DNA of 64,000 nucleotides from Thalia democratica (Eukaryota): NCBI GenBank assembly GCA_965202585.1, contig OZ241831.1, positions 42,036,001 to 42,100,000 of the forward strand, read 5' to 3'. Shown piece by piece: positions 50,117 to 64,000 of this stretch (position 1 is its first letter; each line of letters starts with the position of its first letter). The notes under the pieces were generated by a model. It saw only the letters and a program-made list of their open reading frames with translations, ran no database searches and was not told where the DNA came from. The position numbers and the translations under genes were made by a program.

Positions 50117-53100
50117 ACAAAAACTACGTTTGTGAATTTACCTTGCTCACGTCACTAGAAGCTACAAAATGTAACATTATGTTACTAAATTCTATGACAC
50201 ATTGCTTTATTTTAGCAACGAAAACCTAAATTAAGTATATTTTTGTAGTTCTATAAAGAAGTCTTTTCACAAATTATTAAATTTCAGAATAAAAAATTCA
50301 AAATTGTTAGTCAAAATTGTTATTAGTTCTGTAAGAAATTCTCTAAATAGTATTGATATCAACATTAATTCGTTTTTCATCATGTTTTCAAATTTTTACC
50401 ACGGCAAATTTAGTTAAAAAATACTTCAAATATTTGGTAGCAACAATTTATAAATCAAGCCTACAAATCAATTGAGCATCCAATAATTTTAGAATCTAAA
50501 GCCCCAAGCACATTGACAATAGACCGGCCTGTAAATTAAAGTTAAAAATAAAAGTTGTATCATTAATTTATCAACTATATAACTTGTTGCTTGTAAAAAG
50601 ATCAGCTAAGTTTTAAAGATTTATAGATTAGCATATTAATATAACACAAGTTATTTTAAAACTTTAAACTGAATTATAGTAAATTATATTTAGTTCTGTT
50701 TTAGAAATAATCAAGATTATCTGGTATAATTTTATTATTAAAGGTTGTTAAATTTAATGAGCAGCTTCAGCAATTGACAAGTTTTTATTAGTTTTATTCA
50801 GAGTTGAAAATTAATTTATGAGCCAATATTTCGTTTGTTATTATCATTAGATTTATTATTATTAGATTTTTGATGACAACTTGAATAAAGGGTTACAAAA
50901 CTCAAAACTTAACTAAGTATCACAATGTTTTGAAGATTGACTGCTTACATTAAGCTCATTTTATTTTGTCCTAATACTTAAATTGATATTTGAATAATAT
51001 CTAACCGTAGTCCTTTACACACATTAGAGTAGTTTTTTATGTTATTGGTTTATGTATGATTTTAAAACATCTAAAAACAATCTCTTACTTTATTAAGTTT
51101 ATTTTTTTTTTAATTAAGTGTAATTTCACAATGATGGTAATTTTAGAATCATATAACCTTTAATATTCCTAAAAATCAAATAAATAACTCTTTATCGACA
51201 AATTATACTACTTACATACTTGAACACTGGAGCTATTTGAAAAATTAATCTAAATTAATGCTCGCAATAGCAAGTAAAAAGTATGAGTGAAAACTTAAAG
51301 GCAACGAAGAATAAGATGAAAGAAATTAATTTGAGATGGAAAGAATAGACGTGTGTTTTTTATAACATTCATTTGAAAACTACATTAAACTGTATGCGTG
51401 GTATATACCTTACATCCGAAAAAGATTTTCTTACATCATGTCCTTTTACTAAACTTTTTAAGCGCTTCATTTTTTGTCGTTCGATAAACTTAAATTTAAA
51501 TTCAAGTGTACTTAGAATAGTTTGAAAGTTTAAACAAAATATTAAGCACTAAAGAAGTTTGGTATAAATTAGATAGTATTGACATTTAAAACACAGAAAC
51601 AAGAAAAGCTATCAAATAACAACTATAAAGTAATATTATGAAAAAATTAGACTAATATCTAAAAATATTGGTTCACCCTACCCTATGGTTAAAACTTAAA
51701 TTTTTTAATAATTGTTTCCTAAAGTAAAGTAATAACAAATTTAGAAGTTTTATATCCTTGAATTTGTACTATAAATTAAAGCATAACTTAATTGCTACTT
51801 TTCTCAAAAGTTCATTTTTATTAGTTGATTTATATAGCAAAAGATAATTAACAGGATTTTTAATAAACTAAAATTAGTGCTAGATATATTTTCAGCAACC
51901 AATAGACTTAAAATTTCATCAACTTCAAAGGAAATTACTCAACTTTAAATGTTTTTTTACAAATATAACTGTAAAATAATAATCGAGAAACTCTTTTTCT
52001 ATAACAGTTGATTTCAAAATTCAAATACTTTTTCAATCATGCAAAAAAAAAACTGTTTTTTTTAGTATAAACTTTCTTTGATTTTTACCTTTAGCAACCA
52101 ACAACGTTTTTTATGATTTTTTTCATACTCAGCTACATAAAATGATAATAAATTACTTGATAGAAATTAAGAGTATCAAATATTATTTCTATAAAAACAA
52201 GTGAAAAAGATAATAGACTAATTGCTACAAAAGTAGCTGAGATTTTTAACTGTACTACTTGTTACTCAGTACAGTCTTTGATTTTTACACTTTAAAGTCA
52301 ATAAGAAGCTATTTTTGCTTAAAACATTAATGTTACTGACATTCAAATTAGTATTTTTTATAGTGAGGTTAACACAGTAAACAGACAACACACTAAACAG
52401 ACAACACACTGTTTATCTAACATTTACTTTATTAAACTAAAATGTTGTATTATTTTTTTTTCTTCGTTTTGTGTTATTTATATTATTTACATTATAGTTT
52501 ATAATTTTTATTTAACATAAGTTAGTTATTTTCTATAAAAAGCTATTTTTTACTTTTTTATAAAAAAATTGTTTATTATAGGTTTAGCTTTATGGATTTT
52601 TATACAAAGTTTTAGTTTTTCTTGCTGTAAAAAATCACATATACCTGTTAGACTACCATGAATCACTAAACTTTCAAAGTTCTTTTTCAATCTTAAGTTT
52701 TAAAAGATAAAGCTGATACATTCTATGCTTTTTTCTTCTTCTTTTTAGTAGGAAGTAAGCATACTCAAGTGACCCTTCCAAAGTCACACCCCTGCCTCAA
52801 TTTATCAGGCGTAAAATCAGTTTTTATTTTAAAACTGCAAACCGTTTAAGGTGATGAGTCTGCTTTTTGTTCTTTTATAATTACGAGAAGTTTCAAAATG
52901 ATTTTTTTGTATATGTCATTATTGTAAACTTACTATTAGTTGTTTAATACAAAAATAAAGCGAAAAATTAAATAGTTTTTATAATTAATAATGTCAGTTA
53001 TTTGAAATCTTTATTTAAACATGTTTTCTCTTTTAATTAGTATAACCTTTAAATTGTTATAAAAGAACTGTTTTTAAACTTTAAAGTTACGTACATACTT

Positions 53101-54605
53101 AAATTAAACGATATGTTTAGACTAAACAAGTTGTTTATCCCTGATTAAAGCAGTGACGATCCAATAGCTATATTTGTGTTAATGAAAGTGAAACTGTTTA
53201 AGTTATTTAATTATAAAAAATTAAGAATAAATCAATTGTATAATATCTTAAAAATAAACATATGAAAACTAGGCTCATAATATAGTTTTATTTTTACTTA
53301 CATCTAAAATTTAAACCCGATTAGAAAATAACTATTTCCTTTATTAAACGATACATAAGCTTAACTAAATCATAAACAAACTGAAAAATAGGTAATTTTT
53401 AAAATTCAAACAACATCAAATATTTACCATTTCAGTTTGATCTAATCGTGCATTATAACTGGAATTCTACTATTTTCAAGTTCTTAACGTTTTTATTTAG
53501 TTATAAATCGTATATAAAACTAAATCATTTTTCAAAATTTTTAAAACAAACAATTAAAAAAATATATCTAACCACATGTACACTTTACTTATCTCATTTG
53601 TCACCCTTGATACGGTTGAAGTGGTCGAAACTGCTTACTTAAATTATAAAGTTTAAAACCAAACTATATGAGTTATAATCTCTTGTTTGATCAACAGTGT
53701 TTTTGCTTATTCTAATTATACTTTACTATTTTTTATTTATCTGAAAAAAAATATTAAGGTGTTTTATTTAAACATTTTTTCTTATTAAATACTTATAACT
53801 TTAATGTTGGTTTCCAATTCACTTGTATTAAAATATTTTACAGTATGATGTATTTTTTTATTGAAACTAACTAATTATATATTAGTTTTAAGTTTGTAAA
53901 TTTATGCTTGTGTATTTACACAAAACTCTTATGGAAATTTTATTCAAAAAAGTTCCTTAACTCCTTTAATTTTTTTTATCTTTTAATATAAATAAGTATT
54001 TTTTAGAACATTAGTTTCTAATTTTCTATTTTAAATGAAATACTTTGTACAAGATCTTTATATAGCTCGAAGCAAACATTTTAAATTAGGGTTTTATTTT
54101 GAAAATAGTATATTGTACGCAAAGTTGTGAGTAAAAATTAGGTAATTATGCAAAATAGTTTAGAGTTTTCAATAGTATACTGTTTTTTATGTAAGCAAGT
54201 ACTATTGATCCATAGTAGTTTGACAAATTAATTAAATAACGGTAATAGCAACACTTAAATAATTATGGAGTTTTATCAAGTTAAAAACATGTTGCTAGTT
54301 TTAGGACAGTATTTTAAAAGGTATTAAGAATCTTTGTGAATAGTTTAAACACTTAGTGAATATTTAGTAGTATCCCGTATATGAACTATTTGTTAACATG
54401 GTTGCCTTCTTTTATGATAAAAAGAAACTTCAAACTACATTATATTTCTTTTTTATCTAATGAATTAACTAATCGATGCTAACTATAACAAAGAACAAAT
54501 TAATTTCACCTGATATTTTATTACACTAAACAATTTACAAGTCAATATTATCTTAAGTATAAACTAAAAAAATATCGACAAACTATTTTAATTGAAATCG
54601 CGAGA

Positions 54606-55284
54606 TTAAAAGTTCCACGGCCAATTGAACTTTTCTTCGGCCTTTATCACATACAGGAACCACGGTTTGACGTAATTCTGTTTGGCAACAAACTCGTTCC
54701 TGTGTTCAAATGGTCGAAGCGGAGTCTTCCTTAAAAGTTTTTTATCCCATATCCAATAGTCACCGTATGCGTATGTTCTCCAGGCACTCCTGTGTTCAGC
54801 TAAAGGGTATTGGTAGTCGGATTCTTGAGGTCTGTATTGTAGGTATACACATTGTTTTATCATATAAGTGTTGATGAGAACTTCGTTCAAGAACACGTAC
54901 TTAACGTTTGGCTGTGGCATTTGTTGATTTTTGTTTCTCAAATCGGACCAGTAAGCTGCCACGCCCGACCCTTCAGTCATGTAAACGCCTTTCCCAAAAA
55001 ACCCCGAGTTGGAGTCTTTGAACCACTCATGCAAAATTCCCGCAGCACCTTCAACTGTGGTTCCGTGATACAGCATAAAGTTGTACCCGAGACCTTTATT
55101 CACGTCTTTAACGTTCGATTTTACTTCTTCTTTTGTATCATTCTCAATAATTTTGTACACCACAAGATCTTCTTTTGTGTAGGGAGTCACATAGTTATTA
55201 TGAGAACTTATAAAAGCTTTGGCGTGTCTTTCCGTCATTGCAGGACTTAGTTCCTCTATAGCATATTTTGGAGTAGGTTTTGCG
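54606..55284 (-). CDS. PARP-like (ARTD) ADP-ribosyltransferase catalytic exon
   Basis: LYHGT (H), GFFGKGVY (Y), AAY and NEFV (E) in the canonical order. Acceptor aaacag|C at 55284 with an upstream CTAAC branch-like site adds AKPTPKYAIEELSPA before the ORF-track Met. Confidence 0.85.
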
Positions 55285-57842
55285 CTGTTTAAATTTATTT
55301 CAAAATTTTAGTTAGTTTTGATAAAATAATTATAGCTTATAATGTTATTATGTTTTGGTTAAAAAAACCTTATTTTAACCAAACAACTACTCTAGTAACT
55401 ATAAGTTCAAGCCGGTTAACTTAGTATGCAATTTTAAAGAAAATATACCAGCTTTGAAAAATATTAGGAAGATAGATATTAAAAATTACTAAAAATACTA
55501 ATTAAAAGTTTCTTATTTTGTTTCTAATAATTTAGTTTTGTTTTCAATGCAAAAAAAATAAATTAGTTTAAACTGTGGGATATATTTTAGTTTGAGCAAT
55601 TATTTAAATCTTAACTTTAAGCAGCATTTTGAAATAAAAGTTGAGTATATACAAATTGGAATTTTAATAAAAAAAAAATCTCTCAATTTAATTTTCTCAA
55701 TTTTATTATGTTCGCTTCTACCATTTAGGACTAAGTTATGTACCAACAAGCAAAATTTATACTAAAATATTGTATATAACTATTGGTTTTAGTATCCATT
55801 GTTCTCTTTGACAAAAAAAGTTTCAATAGCATGTAAAACAAAACATAACGAAAACACTGATAAGTTAAAATTACTTATCTTAGAAACTTTTAAACTACTA
55901 AATACAAAGATGGAAATTACTTTTAAACATGAAAAGTAATCAAGTTCTGAAAAACACAAAAAGATTAAATAAGATAGAAATGATAAAGTATTTAGTTTAG
56001 ACTAGATCTAAAACTTAATACTTTGCCTTTACATCAACCACATGACAGTCAAAAGTAGTTATATGTGAAAATTGGCTTTTTACTTAATATAAATTAGTTT
56101 ATTTTTAAAAAAATACAAAACAAACCTCAATTTCTTTTTAACTTCAAACGCCCATTCCTCTTTCGAATTCCATTCTTCAACCAATTGCTGACTAACTTTC
56201 GTCTCTGGTACCACAAAGCTATCGTTTCTACCGCTGTAAATTACATTTTAAGTTGTTTTTTTTTTATTTGTGTTAAAAATTATATTGTTAATGTAGTTTT
56301 ATAAAGCAGGCGTATTTCAGCTAGTTTAAAGTAGTTATTTTTTCAAGCTAAAACTGTTCAAATCAGTTTTACTAAATACATGAAAAGGTTTCTTCGAAAA
56401 CTAAAGCACAACCACAAAGCCACAAAGTTTACGAGAGACAAGACTGTACTTGAAAGAAGTTATAACTGCTAAAACAAAAACTTGAATAATGAATATACTT
56501 TTACAACGTTAAGTCCATCTAATTATTTTTTATTAAGACAAATTGTTCAAATAGTTCCTCTATAGCATATTTTGGAGTAGGTTTTGCGCTGTTTAAATTT
56601 ATTTCAAAATTTTAGTTAGTTTTGATAAAATAATTATAGCTTATAATGTTATTATGTTTTGGTTAAAAAAACCTTATTTTAACCAAACAACTACTCTAGT
56701 AACTATAAGTTCAAGCCGGTTAACTTAGTATGCAATTTTAAAGAAAATATACCAGCTTTGAAAAATATTAGGAAGATAGATATTAAAAATTACTAAAAAT
56801 ACTAATTAAAAGTTTCTTATTTTGTTTCTAATAATTTAGTTTTGTTTTCAATGCAAAAAAAATAAATTAGTTTAAACTGTGGGATATATTTTAGTTTGAG
56901 CAATTATTTAAATCTTAACTTTAAGCAGCATTTTGAAATAAAAGTTGAGTATATACAAATTGGAATTTTAATAAAAAAAAAATCTCTCAATTTAATTTTC
57001 TCAATTTTATTATGTTCGCTTCTACCATTTAGGACTAAGTTATGTACCAACAAGCAAAATTTATACTAAAATATTGTATATAACTATTGGTTTTAGTATC
57101 CATTGTTCTCTTTGACAAAAAAAGTTTCAATAGCATGTAAAACAAAACATAACGAAAACACTGATAAGTTAAAATTACTTATCTTAGAAACTTTTAAACT
57201 ACTAAATACAAAGATGGAAATTACTTTTAAACATGAAAAGTAATCAAGTTCTGAAAAACACAAAAAGATTAAATAAGATAGAAATGATAAAGTATTTAGT
57301 TTAGACTAGATCTAAAACTTAATACTTTGCCTTTACATCAACCACATGACAGTCAAAAGTAGTTATATGTGAAAATTGGCTTTTTACTTAATATAAATTA
57401 GTTTATTTTTAAAAAAATACAAAACAAACCTCAATTTCTTTTTAACTTCAAACGCCCATTCCTCTTTCGAATTCCATTCTTCAACCAATTGCTGACTAAC
57501 TTTCGTCTCTGGTACCACAAAGCTATCGTTTCTACCGCTGTAAATTACATTTTAAGTTGTTTTTTTTTTATTTGTGTTAAAAATTATATTGTTAATGTAG
57601 TTTTATAAAGCAGGCGTATTTCAGCTAGTTTAAAGTAGTTATTTTTTCAAGCTAAAACTGTTCAAATCAGTTTTACTAAATACATGAAAAGGTTTCTTCG
57701 AAAACTAAAGCACAACCACAAAGCCACAAAGTTTACGAGAGACAAGACTGTACTTGAAAGAAGTTATAACTGCTAAAACAAAAACTTGAATAATGAATAT
57801 ACTTTTACAACGTTAAGTCCATCTAATTATTTTTTATTAAGA
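55248..57842. repeat. Direct tandem duplication, 1304-bp period (55248-56538 and 56552-57842), with a 13-nt junction insert
   Basis: The same offset of 1304 holds at both ends. No mismatch seen in the segments compared by eye. Junction sequence is caaattgttcaaa. Confidence 0.95.
56126..56233 (-). CDS. Probable upstream exon of the ADP-ribosyltransferase gene
   Basis: aatttacag| ... AG|GTTTGT, 108 nt, phase 2-2, open (GRNDSFVVPETKVSQQLVEEWNSKEEWAFEVKKKL). Joins 55284 in frame. A duplicate lies at 57430-57537. Confidence 0.6.
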
Positions 57843-60800
57843 AAAATAAAACAAATTGCTCTTCTACTTATTTGAATAAGGAATTGGTTTAATGCTTTAT
57901 GTATTTGTTTATCTTTTCCTTACATATACATAATATTAAGTATGTTTATTGTTTTAGTTAGATATTTGTAAAATGAAAAATAAAAAAAAACATTTTACTG
58001 AACTTAAGTCGTTCAATTTAGTACCAACTGTCCACTAATTGAATAAAAAAACCAAAGGGGGGACAATGCTGTCCCATCTTGAATATTTTAGGCTACAATA
58101 AGCACAATTAAGCCAATAAGGCATTAACATCATATAAAAAAAAAGACAAATAATTTAAAGAAAACAGATTGTAAAACAAATAATAATAGTAACTTCGTTT
58201 TGTGTATTATATAAAAACTTACTATTTCATTTCAACTTCATAATAAACAACACCATTTATTAATTGCTTCTTCAAGATTTTTGAATTTTCTGGTGTATAT
58301 TTGTTTTCTTCCATCTTATTTTAATTTAATTTGCTTAGGTCTTAAAGAAAACAAATACATATTTGAATTAGTTTATTTTATCAACGGATATCTGAAACAG
58401 TCTCAATACCCTCTGTTACTTTTCATTAAAGTAAACCTTCAAAATATTCCATTAAAAAAAAGTTTATTAAGTCATTGCTGTTTATATTAAATAACTAGTT
58501 GTAAGATTAAGAATTTTTATTCAGCTTATCATACATGAATAACAGTGGTTTTATAAATTAGATTTTGTTTGATTAGTAATTTTTTTTTTAATTACTTTAA
58601 CTAGCTACATGAATTTAATAACACATATGGGCTAGAAGCAAAAGAAAAAGTCCTAAACTGTTTAAAGCTTTTTACGTTTTAAATGATGAAATTTAATCGT
58701 TATTTGAAATATAATAAAAAATAAACAGTTTAAAAATAGTTTATTAAGTAAACCAATATACTTTTAAAGATTCTTGGTACTCATTACTATAAAAAGAGAT
58801 GTTGAACTTTTTATTTTAAATGTAATTTTTAAATGGTTTACATCATTTAAAAATTATTAGGCAAACTTATTAAGTGTTATAAACAAAGACATATATTGGG
58901 TTTAAGAACTTTATAGATAAGCTGGTTATTGTCAATGACAAATGTAAGTTGTTTTTCTAATTGCTAACCACTATCAAGAACCAATAAAATAATAAATACA
59001 TTTGTGTTGACAGTAGAATTTGAATCAAGTATACTTTGAAGGTTTTATTTTGACTTAGTTTTGATAAAGTTAAGTAATAAAATGAATTTTAACTATTTCT
59101 GTTCTTAATAAACAATAAATTTATTTATATATGTTAAAATGAAATACAGTTAAATTTTAGAATACTCTGTAATACATTGTAGTTAAATGTGTTTTATTTT
59201 CCTAAATGATTTTATTTACTTATTTTATCTACATAAGTAAAGGATTAGTAAGAAAAAATTTGTTTACTTTTCAGTTAAGTTTTATCACAAAATTTTACTT
59301 AAGTTATTTTTAACAACTTTAATACAAAATTAAGGGATTTTAGATTAAAAAACTTATAGCTATAGAAATAATTTTGATAATAGACTAGACTAAATAATAA
59401 CTGTTAAAGTTTTATAAAATGATTAATTAAATTTTGTTAACATATCTTTCTAAATTTATGTGGTTTAGAAAAAAAGGTATCTAACTAAACATGTAGTTAG
59501 AAAGACGTTATTAAATTGATTCGATTATTAAACTTGTAACCAAAAACTTTTGTCAACAAGATAATTTACTAAATATTTGAGAATATTAAGATGTACTAAA
59601 ACTATAAAAACATGTTTTGTAATCATTTTTATGAGCACAGAAAATCTAATCAGAATTTCTATTTTATTGTTATTCACTATTTTAAAAAGCAATCAAGAAG
59701 TAATTTGAGTTGAGTAAGTGAAAACAAATGACTAAATAAAAAACTTTTTTGTTTACTACAAAGATAACACATGTTAAAGTAATTTTCTCATAATTTTATA
59801 ACTTAGACATAACATATCAGAGAAATTATTTAATTCCGAAAACTTTGTTTCTATTATTAGTAATTTACAAAAACATATTTCTACAGTAAAGAAATTATGT
59901 TGATTACTGGAATAAATAACTATTTAATCAATTTTTAAATCTGTTATTTACAATATTTAGCATGAAAACCACAACACACTACACCGTTTTTTCATTAGGT
60001 TTAGTTTTTTTTTAAACCTTAAGTTTAATTTTATTTTATGCCCATATTATAAATTAACGTTTAAATTGATTAGTAGTCAACACTGAAAGTATTACAAGTA
60101 AGTAGGTTAAAATAAAAACAGGCTACTTTCATCAAAAACGACAGCAGTATCAAAAAAATTTTGAATCAAAGTAATCTTTAAAAGAATTTTGTTTTTTTTT
60201 TTGCGCACTATAGCAAGTATTCAGTAAGTTTAAAGTTAAACTAAAAGTTTAATTTCAAGGTTTATGCTTATGGATAATTAAAAATTAAAAATATTTTTTG
60301 GATGAACTGAATATTTTAGTTACAACAAGTTAACAAGTTATATTTACTATTAAGTCTAAACTTATTGGTCTTTTTAAAAACTTATTGAATTTAGTTTTTA
60401 ATATAATTATATTTTTTTTTTATTTAAACTAGTTAATAGAAATTATCATTTCAGGAGTTGACCAAAAGATAAAACAATTCATTTCGTATAATTAATGTTA
60501 AACGCTTTAAAACACAATAAAACATAAAGAAATATTACGTTCATCACGAATATATTTTACAGTTGAAATGTTTTTTATAGCATAGGTTATGTACAATTAC
60601 TTGCATCTTATAACTAAAACAAAAATTTTTTCTTATTTTGAAATGGTGAGGTATCATAATATTTTCTCAGCTGTGTCTGATGTTTTTAAGTTTGATTTTA
60701 ACTATTTGAGTTTTTTATTTTAATATATAATGAGTAAAGCAATATTGTTTATTAGTACGACACAAGTAAACCGTCACGCATAGAATACAGAAATTTTATG

Positions 60801-63718
60801 TGTTGGATCTAATCTTTTGCAAGAAATTTATTAAATAAGCAGTCAAAGTTGGTAGTAAAAAATGATACAGAATTCTTTTTCACAGAATTCTTTTTAGCAA
60901 ATCATTATTTTTAATATCCTTTTAAGAAGTAAAAGAGATAGTTTTTCCTAAACTATTTATTAATTATCAAGTATAATCAACTAAAATATATTATTCGCCA
61001 AGAATAGAACAATTCAAGTTACATCCATGAGATCTCAGTTTAAACTTTATAAAATTATTACAAGTTACATTTACAACAAACTTGTAATTTAATTTGTATG
61101 CTTGAAAAATAATGAGTAAACTAGTTGAAAAAGATAAAATGAATTATTTTAAGGTAGTCTGTCTTTTTTATAGTAGAGATTTGACAGTTTTTAATATTGT
61201 GATGTACACTTAATAAGCTCAGATTATGTAGAACAATGGTGGATTCAGAAACAGAATCAAAAACTTATTTAAACATTGTGTTTAAATAATAACTCAAGCA
61301 ATATACAACGTTATTCATTTAAGTTCTATTTTAAGAGATTTAAAGTTTTATTTACAATTATTTTTTATAATTACCTTAGTCACAGTAAGGAACGAACTTC
61401 AAAAGATAGTATGTCTACTTAAATTCAAAGAAGTTATGGTTTATGTTTTACTTTTGTTTAAACATCTTCTTAAGTTATAAGTTACGGTGAATTGTTTTCA
61501 ATTTTACATGTTTAATAACTATTTTTAATAGATTGAAAATTTATTTTCGGATTTAAAAATCTTAAAATGTATTCATTAATTATCTTTAAAGCAATTAATT
61601 CTTCAAAATAATTAAAATTTTTATACTTTAAACGAAAGATCTATGTATCTCTTGTTTTTAGTTTTTGTAAAAGAATTAAGAAAGTTTTTTTTAAACCAAT
61701 TTTATTAAATGTACTTAGAAAAGAAAACTAGATACATAAAAAAATATTTTTTACGTTTGAATCAAGATCAAACTTTACTGTTTAAAAAGAACCAAAATAG
61801 AACATTAATTCGAACGAAAATTTAACAAAATAAAACCAAATACATTGCTAAAGACACCTTTACACTCATAAAATATAGTAAAAAAGCTATTCTAGTGAGA
61901 TCAAATTGTGGTGGAGAAATAAAAGCTTTTCAGTTGTTTTGGAAGCAATCGATTACGCTTAGGTAATACAAATTACTAGTTTAAGAATGTACAATAGCAG
62001 GTATTGCGAAAAGATATATTTATAAAAGAAAACAAAGATTTAAAAAAGATAAATTATAAAATAAAAATTTACGAACTTTAAAACTGTAAGATTCAATAAT
62101 CAAAAACTGTTTGTTATCAACTAATAAGGCAGTAAAGAGCTGTAAAGACTTTTATACTCCAGGGTTTTCAAGGCAATAAAATAATAGCTTAAAACTTGAA
62201 GTAGCTGAAATGAGTTAAGTAAATTGATTTACCTACTGGATTCATAATATTGGATCCGCATATTATTTTAAATTATAAAAGATTATAATATTTAATATCT
62301 TAGTTGTTTCAATAAGTTCTAACTGAATCCAGCGTTGAATTTAAAAAACCAATACTCAGCCAGATCAGTAATCTATATCCTTTAATCTGATTAGTTTAAA
62401 AAAGAAAGAGAATTGTTTCGTAAATTAAAGATAAAAATATAAAAACTTTAGTGATCTTTTAATAAAAACGTGCATGATGCTAAAATTTATTTAAATGAAA
62501 GAAAATTATCGAGAAAGTATAAAACAAAATACATAGTGAAAAATTTATATATATTAAATGATTTTATGATTTAGTTTTTAAACAATTATTTTAAGTGATC
62601 TTTTATAGAAAACTAACAATTAAAACTTATAATAAGTCATATTCTACCGTGATTATATATTATATTAAAAAAAAAAAAAATATTGTAAAAAAGTATTTTA
62701 AACCAAGTTGGTTGTACTTTTTGTATTGTGTTTAATCAACATTACTATAAATACAAAAAATAGTGTGAGAAATCGGCAACCACCAAAATTCTACATTTCA
62801 AACTATGGAGTAATATTAGATTATTAAACGTGTCAAGGTAAATAAAAAGTATGTTTTGTTTATTTTAATTATTAAAACGACCCCTTCATACTTATTTCTA
62901 AAAATGAAATCAGAAAACTGCAATAAAAAACGCATAAACGTTTTAAAACTAGATAATAAAAATTACGAGCTTTTATTCTTAGCACGAAGTAGATTTAATA
63001 GCTTTAAGGTGTTTGTTTACAGAACTAATAAGTTGTTCATTGCGTAAAAACTTACAATAAATCTCAGAATTGACAAAAGAATCATTTTTCATGCAACGTC
63101 TTTCTATTTACTTTTTTCCAACTATTTCACATAATTTTTTAAATATTATAAATTACTAACTAGTTAAGTAGAAAAACACACAATTTGTTCAATTAGTTTA
63201 CTAAAAGAGTACAATATACCAAGTAACAACAAAATATTTAAAATTTGCAAAATGTCTATTTTTAATAGTCTAGTTTTAGTTTGTTGTAGAAATTTTATCA
63301 AATACTTTAAGTAAGCAATTAATTATTTTCATGAAAAACAAAACATAACTATTTTAAATAATTACGTTTATAATATCACATACGAAACTAATTTTCAATG
63401 TTTCAGACCAGATAAGTTTCAATTAAAAGTGAAGTCTACAATAACAAAAACATAGTTATTTTTAATTTAAGCTTATAAAAATCTGTACGATAACTTTGAA
63501 AACATAAATATAAGGGTTAGGGGCTATAGTGATAGTAAATAGTTATATATATCTAATGAAAATTGTTATCAAAAAAAAAAATATATATAATAAATAATAA
63601 AAAATAAAGTTTAGAAAACTTATTGGCCGAGGGTAACGGTTAGGGGTAAAAGTTATAGCAAAAAAAAAAAATAAAGTTAATTAACACAATTTTATATTTT
63701 TTATATGTTCTTTTAAGT

Positions 63719-63859
63719 GAGCAAAAATGACCCTCTGTGCAAAAATGTCCCTTCGCGCTAAATTAACGCTCATGCAAAGTTTTCCACTCGTGAAAAAGTT
63801 ACCTGCGTGCAAAAGCGACACAGTGCAAAAAAATCTTCGTGTAAAAGAGTCTACAACCC
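63719..63859 (-). repeat. Solo degenerate right arm of the TTTTGCACG family
   Basis: gtgcaaaa units ending in ...ctacaaccc, like the right terminus at 6348 (...aacaaccc). Confidence 0.75.
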
Positions 63860-64000
63860 GATTTATAGATAGTGTATTATTTGTTCATTACTTTGTAATT
63901 ATTTTTTATGTCCTTATTTTTTAAAGATGTCATTATATCTAGATAAAGCTATTTTCTTTAAAAACTAAATATAGGCAAAAGTTTGTTAGTGCAAAATGAA

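Noticed and set aside
49560-53645. Shared ~100-bp motif (aaccacRtgtacac...tacggttgaagtRgtcRaaact) at ~49610-49690 and ~53570-53645
   Set aside because: Same orientation, diverged, and no TIR/TSD pairing; most likely two remnants of a dispersed repeat.
54852-55250. Antisense or overlapping ORFs over real exons (also 44933-45283, 45470-45724, 9320-9517, 23558-23761, 18362-18547)
   Set aside because: They are shadows of GC-richer coding sequence with no recognisable motifs.
58560-59080. Possible plus-strand LINE reverse transcriptase remnant (NTYGLEAKEKVLNCFK..., ILG...)
   Set aside because: Too degenerate; only isolated 3-5-residue matches, and the frame could not be followed.
59900-62500. 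Scattered short exon-like stretches (for example 61205-61275, 61850-61965)
   Set aside because: In-frame stops, no consistent splice phase chain and no recognisable domain.
63500-63660. Telomere-like fragments (taagggttagggg, ggttaggggt)
   Set aside because: Only two isolated degenerate motifs, not an interstitial telomeric array.
14584-63859. Solo left arm (14584) and solo right arm (63859) as the ends of one 49-kb element
   Set aside because: Flanks do not match (atgatgata vs gatttatag), terminal sequences differ, and arm lengths and divergence are very unequal.

Overview
This is very AT-rich eukaryotic (animal-type) DNA with spliceosomal introns. The mix of CR1/L2-like LINE debris, hAT elements, foldback-like elements and MITEs resembles hydrozoan genomes such as Hydra; that is an inference, not an identification. 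Most of the window is non-coding or transposon-derived. I reconstructed five spliced genes or gene remnants by hand; the ORF track shows them only in pieces. (1) An intact 2-exon, 275-aa SET/post-SET lysine methyltransferase (44792-45749, +) whose basic N-terminus contains KQTARK, an exact copy of histone H3 residues 4-9. (2) A pseudogenised paralog (8536-9487, +) that keeps KQTARKT. (3) A secreted C-type lectin split by a ~7-kb intron (31117-23510, -), with a 1-nt frameshift after the signal peptide. (4) A compact PARP-like ADP-ribosyltransferase with an H-Y-E triad (-), whose 5' region lies in an apparently identical tandem duplication with a 1304-bp period. (5) A three-exon zinc-finger fragment held between 1.76-kb inverted arms. 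The strongest candidate for new biology is the SET family carrying its own H3K4/K9 tail mimic. All assignments come from manual reading and motif recognition; no searches were run.
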